Notes under the pieces: model-generated
The model's input: the letters and a program-made list of their open reading frames with translations, nothing else
Databases searched by the model: none
Told to the model about the DNA's origin: nothing
Source of the DNA: Conidiobolus incongruus B7586
Lineage: Eukaryota
Direction: 5' to 3'
DNA: 20,000 nucleotides
Assembly (NCBI GenBank): GCA_000697335.1
Contig: JNEM01009691.1
Coordinates: forward strand, 45,070-65,069
Shown here: one piece after another, positions 1 to 11,552 of the stretch
Layout of the letters: every line of letters begins with the position of its first letter
How positions within the stretch are numbered: the stretch's first letter is position 1
Translations under genes and position numbers: made by a program

Positions 1-21
1 TTAAGTTAATATTAAAATAAA

Positions 22-1371
22 ATGCATTTTCCAGTACCTAAAACTAACTTTCATCCTAACAATGACCAATTAGTTGTTAGCTTGACCAGATCTAAGCTAC
101 TTGGGTTTGATATTAAGTAATTATAATTAAATTTTATTTAATTATGATGTATTAACATTATTCAATAGAGAAGGAAAGATCGCTTTTGACCATTCCGTTC
201 CCAACCTCAGCAAGGATCCTAAGAATTTGGATGTCCTTAACTTTTCATTCAATCACGATGGCACTTTGTTAGCCGTCGTTGTTTCTGACAAATCTTTAGT
301 TGTTTATGACACCACCACTTGGGAAATTAAGCATCAGACCATTATTCCTAAACGTGCTAACGTCGTCAGATTTACTCCTGATGGCGAGTTCGTTGTTGTT
401 GGTGACAAATTTGGCGATGTGTATCGATTCTCTCTCAATGACTTTGGCAAAGAAGAACTCATTTTGGGCCATGTCTCTGTGTTGACTGATCTTTTCTTGA
501 GCCCCAATGGTAAATTAATTGTCACAGCCGATCGTGACGAAAAAATTCGTGTCAGTAAATTTCCCAATGGCTATAATATTGAGAACTACTGTCTGGGACA
601 TTATGAATTTGTGTATCAGATCGCCCCCTTGGTCAACTTTGATGGATTTTTAGTATCTGGAGGTGGTGACGATTACATCAATGTTTTCAACTATTTGACT
701 GCCAAACGCATCCAGAAAATTGATCTCACCAGTATCATCCAATTACCATATTATACCGTTGTTCAGTTACTTCAAGCTGAAAGCATAGCTGATCACTTAT
801 TTGTCATTTTGGAAGGCTTTAATGGACTCCTAGTTTTCAAGATTGAAAATCAAGACGGATTACCCAATTTGAGCTTGGATCAAAAACTTGAATTTGATCA
901 AGATTTTGAGCCAATCAGCATCACTGCCAACAAACTTAGTCAATTGTTTGTATCTTTATATAACAATAATACCCATATCGCTCAATTCAAGGGCTTTGAA
1001 TTTGATTCAACAAATGTAAATACATTACAATAATCAGAGTTGAGTGAAATATCAGACTAATATTGATTTTAGCAAGCTTTTAAAAATTTAGAAATTGTTG
1101 GAGTAGATCAATTTTTGCAAATTTTATCCACTGGTAATTCGAATATACATACTTATGATTACATTACTTATTTTGATGTTTAGATTCAATTACAGATACC
1201 AAATTAGCAAGAATTAATGATTTAAGAAAGAGCAAATTTGATGAGCCTAAGGGAGATGATGATGACAATGAAGACGACGAGGCTAAAGGCGATAAATTGA
1301 ATCCAACTCCATACCGTGAAATCAAAAAATCAAAACTTCGACCCAAATCCAACCCCACTAAATCCTCTTAA
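22..1371 (+). CDS. TRM82: WD40 non-catalytic subunit of tRNA (guanine-N7)-methyltransferase (Trm82/WDR4); exons 22-116, 169-1015, 1073-1133, 1184-1371
   Basis: Family motifs IPKRAN..., VGDKFGDVY, ILGHVSVLTDL, TADRDEKIRVS.FP, IENYCLGH.EFV, LVSGGGD. GT-AG introns 117-168, 1016-1072 and 1134-1183 keep frame from ATG 22 (MHFPVPK...) to TAA 1369-1371. The 3' exons are less certain than the core. Confidence 0.92.
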
Positions 1372-1599
1372 CATAATAAAATTGTTATAGATATTTCTTA
1401 TAGATTTCAAATTCAGTAATCATTTTGTTTTTTGATAATTGACCGCTACTTCATTATACTCGAACGAAACCAGATCAATATATATTCAAAATTCAATTCA
1501 TACTGACAAATATATACCACTTGGTTTAGTCTAGCTAACATATTTATTGATACTATGACTTAGTCTTATTATTTACATCTAATGCAGAATGGGAATTAA

Positions 1600-3742
1600 T
1601 TAATTTGCGTCAGTCAGTTCCAGGTAGCAGTCTTCGCAAATCCTCGAGGGCTTTGGATCGCTGGGTAATGTCCATCGAAATCTCGTGCAGTGGTTGCAGT
1701 ATACCTTGCCATCGCGGCGACAGTGGTGCTTTCGGTTGACTATGGTGAATTTGGTTTGGCATTTGGTGCACTTAGTGACGAGCTGAGAGTCGACCCAAGG
1801 AATTTTACTACTCTGGCTTCCAACATATAGTTCTAGATCTTTCAAATTGAGCTTCGATTGAGCCATCTCTAAAGCAAACAACTCGAGCATACTATCCTGA
1901 TGGTGTATTTGGTTCTCCAATTGGTCTTTCTGCTTGACCAATTCTGAATTGGTCTGCGTTAGTTGCTCAATACGCATTTCCATCTGTTTAATTTGATGGG
2001 TCAAGGATTGAGATAAGTTTTGATATTCAATATTTTCGTGGTTGCTATTGTTCAGTTTCTTGTTGAGTTGCTGTATATGTGCATTTTTATGCTCTAGCTG
2101 TTCACTCAAATACTCTACCTGACGGTTAGATTCTTGGTATTTTGATTCGAGAGTCTGTTTTGTAGAGTCGAACTTATCTAGCTGAGACCGAAGGTCAAGT
2201 ATTTCGGAATCTTTAAGCTTCAAAGTCGAATGTAATTCTACATTTTTGGCTTCAAGAGTGTTCAATTTGGTAAGATGTGAAAAATTGATTTTTCTTAACG
2301 TAACAATCTCTGACTCTAGTTTTTCCACATGCTGCTTCCAATAAATCAGATCAGGATGCTCCGATTCCACCTGATCATCAAGCGAATCCAGGGATGGAGG
2401 GAGTGATATTTGGTCTGGCGGAAGTGATATTGGACTAGTTGTATTGGTCGATGGTGATTGGTTTAGTGATTTAGAAGTGGCGACCAATTTGGTTTCTGAA
2501 GCAGGGCTTGAGATAGATTGAAAAGCAATGTTTTGTGGCTAGAAGAAAGATCAGTTGAAGGTACATTATACTTAATAAGCTATAACTTACGCTTCCGTCA
2601 TCATTCAGCTTAGGTAATATGATCTGTGGAGGAACAGGCGATGCTAGCTTTGGCTGGGTTAAAGAGTTAACAGACCCTTTAGGGCTGAGTGGTACGATTG
2701 AAGAAGGTGGAGATACTGATGCTGATAACTGTGTATTGACAAGTAATGGAGAGTGTGTATTCGAAGAAGATTTGGGTGATTCATGAATACCTATTTCGCT
2801 GACTCCTAGCGAAATCCGTTGAATATCTTCGTCATTGTTATGATCATTATTATTGGAAAATGATACAAGCTCTTGTGTAGTCTCCAAATTGGGAAGGTCT
2901 TTAAGCTCTTTATCAACAAAGCTGTCATTAGATTCGATGGATCGAAGATCTTCAATTTCAGATTGACTTTCCTCATTTTCATTCAGCTGGTCTTTAAGCT
3001 TCTTCTCAAGTTTAGGTAGCCACTCTACAAGAGTAACTTCACTTAAGCTTTCTCCACTAAATATTTCGTTTAATTCTAATAAAAATTCGTGTTGAAATCC
3101 CAAATCAAATTTGATGTTATTTAAAACTACGAGCAGTCCATTAAATAAAACCATTTGATCTTGAAGAATGAAGGCATATGGTTCGTACCAGTCTTTTAAT
3201 AGCTGGGGCTGGTTTAATAATAGTCCCAGACGTTGATCTAATCTTTGGTTGATTAAACTGTGGAGAATGAACACGATGCCAGCAATTGAAGTTACTTGTG
3301 CCGATAAACTTTGGATTTTATTGGATAAACTGGGGTAATCTTCCATCATTGAACTGGTCTTTGGAGTATATTGGTATCCTGTCCAAATAAAGTCCCAATA
3401 TGATTTTTTATAACCGAATAAATTCCTCTTGACTTTTAGTCCGTGCTTTAATATTTGGTGTAATAAGTGAAATAACCACTGGACAGGTGGATCTTTCCAA
3501 CTTAAAGATTCCTTCAATGTCGATTGAATTAGTAAAAGTTGGCCTAGCTGTTTGGTACATTTAAGTATTGAAGTGTATAGTTGATTTTGTTGTTGAACGA
3601 AGTGAACTATAGTTTTCAATTGCTCTGGGCCTGTAGTTTTTTCTAGTTCGCTTTTATTCTCTAAATTTTCTAATAAACTCTGCACTTGTTGAGGGTGACT
3701 TCTGATAATAAATAAAACATCGTGAATATTATCTTGTGACAT
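1600..3742 (-). CDS. RUN domain - coiled coil - FYVE finger protein (RUFY/rabaptin-4-like endosomal effector), about 696 aa; exons 3742-2591 and 2538-1600
   Basis: The two overlapping track ORFs join in frame through a 52-nt intron 2590-2539 (GTAAGT...CTGAT...CTAG). RUN signatures ILKHGLKVKR..., L.DWYEPYAF..., NGLLVVLNNIKFDL; long heptad-rich segment; C-terminal FYVE WVDS..CTKC..F....RKHHCR.DG..YC..C...LPSDPKPSRICEDC. Confidence 0.88.
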
Positions 3743-3939
3743 TTGTTAACGATGTATTAAAATATAAAAAATAACCAATAGATAGAATTATATATAATAT
3801 CAGATTATTACTAAAAATAAAAATCTTATTTTACTAAATTAATTATCTGAGTATCTATTGAATTAAATGAATTATGATTAATAAAAATTAGATGAAAGTT
3901 GTAATCATGACATAATATAGATTAGCCTAGCAATTTATA

Positions 3940-3948
3940 TTATGGGAT
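3940..3948 (-). promoter_or_regulatory. Candidate promoter motif ATCCCATAA, about 200 bp upstream of the RUFY-like ATG
   Basis: One of four same-orientation copies of ATCCCAYAA, all in promoter regions; function is inferred. Confidence 0.45.
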
Positions 3949-4457
3949 TATTACTGGGACTAAATAGTATAATATTTTCACAATAAATAATAGTTTAAAA
4001 AAATATAATTAATTTTGAGAATAGGCTATATTATTACAAATAGGATTTTTACACAGTATTTTTAAATCATTAAACTAAATAAATGTAAATCAGCCCCCTT
4101 ATGATGATCTTGAACATTAATGATATCAATGTCACAATGAAATGGAGAATTAGGAATCCAGTTGTATTATTTTTTTTTTGATTTTAGAATAGTTCAGTAA
4201 TAATACAAAGTAAAATAACTATTATTGTATGGAATTGTAATGTTAATAATTAAAAGATGGAAAATATCTATACATATGACAGTTGACGGCGATATTAGAT
4301 ACTTTATTCAAAATTTAAAGCACTTGACACTGAATACTAATCAATATTGCATTTAATAAATGAATAGATTTAAACTAAAAATAGAAAGTATGCCAAAAAC
4401 TATAATAATTTAGTAAATCATTTATGTAATAAATAATAAATCTAAAAATGCATGTAT

Positions 4458-5782
4458 TTATACGTTTTGTCTATAGCGATTCAAAAATTCATCCTTGAAT
4501 TTAGACTTGGAAGAAAGAATGATGAACGAAGGAACTCCGTTGACAACAAAGTATTTGGGATGTGAAAGGATCTTTCCAATCTCAAGCTTCTTTCCAACCT
4601 TGACGAGTGAAGGCTTTGTGGCGTTCTTAGGGAAAGACTCAAAATAAACTTCAACTGATGATGGGTTGTAATTAAATTCAGGGTCCCAGGGAGCAGGTTG
4701 TTCAAACATTACTTCAATGTGATCAAGGAAAGTGGTGCGATCACCGCATGATTCAATAAAATCGCTTTCCTTGAACTCTGGATAAAGGAAGAATACAGGC
4801 CAAAGTAGTTGATCATTTTCCATATCGTATTTGACAGAAGAATCAGATTCTAAATCGGGTTCATACATTTTATCATCTCTGTCTCTGAATTGGATATTGC
4901 GTTCCTAAAAATTAATAGATATGAGAAAATAAATTAAATGTTTAAAATAGTATTTACTCTGATGGCTCTTTGTAAAATTTCTTTCTTTTCTTCTTCGGCC
5001 TTCAAACGTTTTTCCATTTCTTCTTCCTTCTTTTTAAGTTTTTCCAAGAGTTGCTGGCTTTTTTCTAATTGAAGTTTAAGCGCAACATTATCAGGGTTTA
5101 TCTATTAGCAATTAATTATAAATACACAAATATTATTATATTAATTGATGTAACCTTAAGTCCAGCTTCACAGCATTCAATAGATTCAGCAGCTTTATCT
5201 AAAGCATAGAGTGCTTTTGAAGCACGATAGAAAGCCTTGATATTTTCAGGATCAAATTCCAATGCTTTAACACAATCATTGATAACTTTTCGATAATTTT
5301 CTATCAAGAAATTGTTAGCTATTTATAAATGTAAACCAAAATATTATTTTCTACTTAGTTCTAAATTTACTGCAGCTCTATTACAATAGCAAACAGAATT
5401 GAGTTTTTTGTCAGAAGATTTTTGTTCAATAGCCTCAGTATAATAATGAATAGCGTCTTGACGCCTTGGTGGTTTATAAGCAAGCATTTCATTGCCCTGA
5501 TTTTTGAAATTTTCGGCGTTTTCTAATTATAGATTTTTAGGAAATCATTATTAAAATATTACACATATTATTTGTACCTTCTGGAGTGCCATCGTATTTC
5601 AAGGCTTGAAGTGCTTCAAGAGCAGTATTAGTATAACCCTCTTTGAATTCGGTCATAAATAATGGAGTTTCTTGCATAATTTCATCTACTGATTTTTCTT
5701 CTCCTGCCCAAGATGGTCTTGGAAATTGTTCGGGTTGAATAGTTAATTTTTCCAAATCTTCAATTTCTTTTATTTCAACCAT
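4458..5782 (-). CDS. CNS1: Hsp70/Hsp90 TPR co-chaperone Cns1/TTC4, about 369 aa; exons 5782-5578, 5522-5355, 5300-5155, 5101-4958, 4904-4458
   Basis: TPLFM...LEALQALKYDGTPEENAENFKNQGNE; TPR motifs Y.NRAAVNLEL.NYRKVINDC..AL..DP.NIKAFYRA; C-terminal wheel-domain motifs WPVFFLYPEFKESDFI and PAPWD. Four GT-AG introns of 53-55 nt keep frame. Confidence 0.93.
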
Positions 5783-5967
5783 TTTAAATAATTATATTGG
5801 GTAATACTATTGCTATACTGATTAATTAATTCTAGTTGAATTTTGAATATCTAATTTAATTTTAATAAACTTAATTATAAACTTATGGGATAGCAAATAT
5901 TAATCTTTATTTTATTGATTATAGTTTTTGATTTATTAATATCTTTATCAATTTATAAATATTTATA
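5783..5967. promoter_or_regulatory. Compact bidirectional promoter between CNS1 and RIO2, containing TTATGGGAT at 5883-5891
   Basis: Only 185 bp separate the two divergent start codons (5782 and 5968). Confidence 0.7.
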
Positions 5968-7277
<1,310 letters not shown>

Positions 7278-7561
7278 TATATAATAGAATATTAAAGTTC
7301 GCCATAGAAATAGTCTGATCTTGAGCTCAATACATTTAATTCATTGTAATAAATATTGATCAACGAATCTTTTCAACTTAACATGATTATTTAATTCAGT
7401 GAATACAGCCTCTCAAGTCGAATAAACATTGGAAATCATTTAATAATATCCAATTAATTGAGTTGAATATAAATTATACAAATTTTATTGAATTTCTATC
7501 AGATCATTTTGCTATATTGAGTTTCTATTATAGTCCAACCATATTCATAATTGAATGGTTC

Positions 7562-10244
7562 TTATTTGAATAGATTCGAGAAAAATCCACCCCTTGAAGT
7601 GGTAGCCGTCTTGTATGGATTCTGGGGACGGGGAGCTTGAGGTGCTTGTTCTGATGCAGCTCTCTGGGTGGCGATAGTGTTATAGTGAGCTGGATTTGGT
7701 AAAGGTTTACGCGATTCACGAGATGAAGAAGAGAGTGGTCGCTCGGTTTGGGCTTTGTTCAATCCCAGATTCGGAGGAAGATTAGGCATTGAGTTACGAT
7801 GAAGATTGTTGTCTTTAACATGGCCGGGTATGTGCAATGAAGGAGGATCTAGAATTCCGCCGTTGCTTCTTCTCAACTTGTCACTCGGTGATTTAAGCGG
7901 AGATGGAATGCGACCACCGATAGGTCGAGGAGATACAGACAAAGAATTACTAGCTGCTGTGGGGTTTGGATTAGCTGATGCTTGGTATCGCATCAATCTC
8001 AATGCTTCAACAAAATCATCAGGAGGAATAATGTCAGTAGAACCAATTAAAATCTCACGGTTTTTAGCTTTACCAACTTCGTATGCAGTTCTTATCTCAG
8101 AGTAAGAAACGCCTCCTGCGATAAAAACAATGATTTTACCGCCGTTGGATAAACGAGAGACTGAGTTGGCTGGATCATCAGATTTCTTTTCCCATGCGGG
8201 TTTATTCTTGCGTAAGGAAGTGACTGGTTTCTTTGTAGTTGGTGATACTGGATTAGGTGATTCAGATGCACCAACTTGGGGGAACGCATCTAGATCTAAT
8301 TCGTTATCGATAAGCTTATTGAGTATCTTCTTCAGAGCGGGTTGGTATCTCGAGAGTTCGTAAGCAACATTTTCTTCTTGGAGATCCTTTTTCTTTCCTC
8401 TAAAACTCAAAGATGACATAAGTTTTGATAAATTATCTGGACTGTTAGGCTGAGTAGGGCGGTTATTTAGAAGAAACTCCATATTTGTGATGGCATCTTT
8501 GTCAGACTGAGTTAAACCTGCGTGAGATTCAAGGCGACGACGATCTACATTTGCAAACCCTTTCATATGAATTTGATAAATTAATAGCAATCTTAATTTG
8601 TCAGATAGTAAAACTTTAGGGTTATTCAAAATGGGAACGATTTCATTTAGTGCATTTTTCAAAGGCTCACCATCTGGAAAAGTACCAGTAGAAATGTTTT
8701 GTTCGCACAAAGCTACTTCACTTAATTGACGAGTTTTAAATCTTTCCATAACAGTTTCTGCCAACCCGAAATGTAAAGAATAAAGATCCTGATACTGTTG
8801 TAATTCAGGAACGGAAGTAACAATATCCCTCATATCTCTTAATTTGGCAATCTCACCATTTTGACGTCTTTTCATCATGCTTTTAGCAGCTGGATTTTCA
8901 GCAATCATAGCATGGAATTTGGAAGTTAATTTTTGATTACATTCAGCAATGTGGAAATGTCTTAATTCTTTCCATAATTCATCTTTCTCATCTAAAGTAT
9001 AAAACTTTTCTAATGTTTTTCCACTAGCAGCTTGATATTCATGTCTAAATTAGTTTATAATTATACTTAGTAAAATGTTAATTTGAAGAATAACAATATT
9101 TTAGTAAATATAAATACCTGTAAGTTTTACCTTCGTTTAGATGAATCAAATCATTTATCATTGCTTGATAAGTAAATTCATGTAAAATGGGTGCATAAAA
9201 ATCACAAGTACGATCTAAAATTAATAATGTGGCTCTCTCAGCAGGATCTTTCATTGGGATGTTATTAATTTGACAGAATCGATCTAATTCATTTTGAAAA
9301 GCATATGCTAAAATACAAGGATTATCCAACCCTGAGCTCATAGCTTGAAATCTTACTAAAGGACGTTCATTAAGGGAAGAACAAACTGTCACTAGCTATA
9401 TAATCACAAATATTTAGTTCGAATTATAACATCTATATAAATTAACAAAATGGCACCTTTTGAGCTAGTTTAATTAATTCTGCTTTACTAGATTTAGTAG
9501 ACATTGAGAATAATTTAAAAAAACTGTCATGATCCCTGAAATTGAATACATTAGATTCAAAAGCTATTAACAAAGTTAATTTAAAAAAATAAATAATTAT
9601 ATTATTCAATATTACGATAATAGTTAATATAAATTTCAGTCAGTCCTTGAAGATAAGGATAGATCGGACTGGTTTTAATCCTTGTAAGTTCATCATCAGA
9701 GACAGCTAGAAGTAAGAAGTTAAATATTTAATTAATATGTTGTTTGAAAGAAATATACCTTCAAGAAAAAAGATATAAGCTTTCTTATAACAATTTTTAC
9801 TGTTGGTGATGTAGGGAGTATTCGCAGGCGGACCACTTTTACGAAATCCTTTTGTTTTGGATACAGGAGGAGGTGCAGCTGCTTGAAAATCTTGGATGAT
9901 TCGATTGATATTATCTGGTGTAGGAAATGCATAGTATATCACTCCAAATTGAGAAGTTGGGGTACGATCCTCATTAAGTCTATCGATAGTAGTCACATTA
10001 TGCTTGATGATTTGGTCTTCTTCAGAGCAAGAATTAAAAATAGATCTTGCTTCGTCATCCATAACTACAACCCACCATTCTGAGCTGGTTGCAGGGTCTT
10101 GAGATAGCTTTTCTAGTGGTGAAAGAAATTCTATTGGAAGAATTAATTGTTAATCATTTATATTTATATATTTATATATATGTGCATTGATTGAATGAAT
10201 AAATACATACTATCTTTTACTAATTCAATGAATGAAGTTTGCAT
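7562..10244 (-). CDS. SEC1: Sec1/Munc18 (SM) exocytic SNARE regulator, about 787 aa; exons 10244-10211, 10130-9759, 9705-9616, 9563-9457, 9395-9118, 9044-7562
   Basis: WWVVVMD; LVTVCSSLNERP.VRF; LLILDRTCDFYAPILHEFTYQAMINDL; LDEKDELWKELRHFHIA; DKLRLLLIY; YELSRYQPALK; IIVFIAGGVSYSEIRTAYEV; EILIGST. Five GT-AG introns restore one frame. Confidence 0.93.
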
Positions 10245-10838
10245 TTAATTTATTGGAATTGATTATATTATTATAAAAAGGAATATGAATAGCCAGAATA
10301 AAACTCAAGAGAAATATAAAACATCATTAAATTTATTTTGATTTAATTTTTAGCTAAGGATTTCAAATTTAACAAGTCTATAATTGTTTTTGAATTAGAT
10401 AAATATCCTTCATAAATTAATTAATTGAAATTAATTTAAAATCCAACTTAGATGATATTTATCTTTATTAATTATAATATCACTTTTTTTGATATTAACA
10501 TTCAATCTTAATGATCATAACATTATATGAATTATTATAAGTTAGGATTTGATTTGAATAAAATGAATTTGAGTGAAATTCCAGATTTAAAATTACTTCT
10601 AATTGTTTCAAATATAAATGAAATAAACCATCTAACGCAGCTGAAATGACATAATTACAAGATAGTAATCAAATGGCTAAGAAACATTAGAAATTCAAGA
10701 ATTTAGAATTTCACCTATATGATGTCATATTATATTTAAATCAAGCTATTCAATATATTAATATATTACTTTTGTGATATTGTATTGATTTTATTCTTGA
10801 AATTTCATTTACTTTCTTGTATTGATATTTGAATATTA

Positions 10839-10862
10839 AATAATAATAATAATAATAATAAT
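10839..10862. repeat. (AAT)8 microsatellite in the SEC1-DNM1 divergent intergenic region
   Basis: Perfect aataataataataataataataat. Confidence 0.85.
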
Positions 10863-11434
10863 TTATTATATTTTTTTGATTAGTATTTATAATATAATTA
10901 ATTATTAAATTAATATATAAGGAAACTTTATATTTATATTGATAATTATAAATTTTACAATATACCAAATCCTTATAAAATTTTATCTCAAAATAGAATA
11001 TTCGTAAAATCAATCAAATTAATGATAATTTGAATAAATTACTCATTCATAAGGATTATTTTTATTTAACTTTGCTAATATATTACAGTCAGCTATTTAT
11101 ATATTTTAATAATTTAACATATAGTAATATCATATTTAATGGCCATTACTCAAATTTATATATTATTAGACAATCAATTAACACTAATATGTATTTATTT
11201 AATTCATATTCAATTTACAAGTTATCAAATGATATAAATTTGAATGAATTTGGGTTTGTTAATGCCTTCACTTAAATAATTTTGGTTTTATCCAAATATT
11301 TGAACGCAAATCAAATAATAATCTATTTTTTCAATTATAATGACATGAATCTTTCAAGAGATATAATATAAAATCCTATTATGTATCTAAATGGAAAGCT
11401 TATTCGGAACAATAGATATTTTGAAAAAAAGTAA

Positions 11435-11443
11435 ATCCCATAA
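11435..11443 (+). promoter_or_regulatory. Candidate promoter motif ATCCCATAA, about 110 bp upstream of the DNM1 ATG
   Basis: Same 9-mer and same gene-relative orientation as at 3940 and 5883; function is inferred. Confidence 0.45.
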
Positions 11444-11552
11444 AAATTATTCAACTGACATTTTTAAATATGAAATTGAATGAGATCATAGATAATCAGT
11501 AATTATCTAGTTTATCAAATTATCAAGTATTTAATTTAATAGATTCGTCAAG

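Noticed and set aside
2471..2487. Overlap of two minus-strand ORFs suggesting a programmed frameshift, a pseudogene or two genes
   Set aside because: A canonical 52-nt intron (2590-2539) joins them in frame.
4090..4180. Possible box C/D snoRNA (ATGATGA near 4101 followed by a T-run)
   Set aside because: No matching CTGA box D or terminal stem on the same strand, and no recognisable rRNA guide.
10750..11275. Track ORFs 10750-11013 (-) and 11030-11275 (+)
   Set aside because: I/Y/N/K-rich translations of AT-rich intergenic DNA and the AAT microsatellite; non-ATG starts and no recognisable domain.
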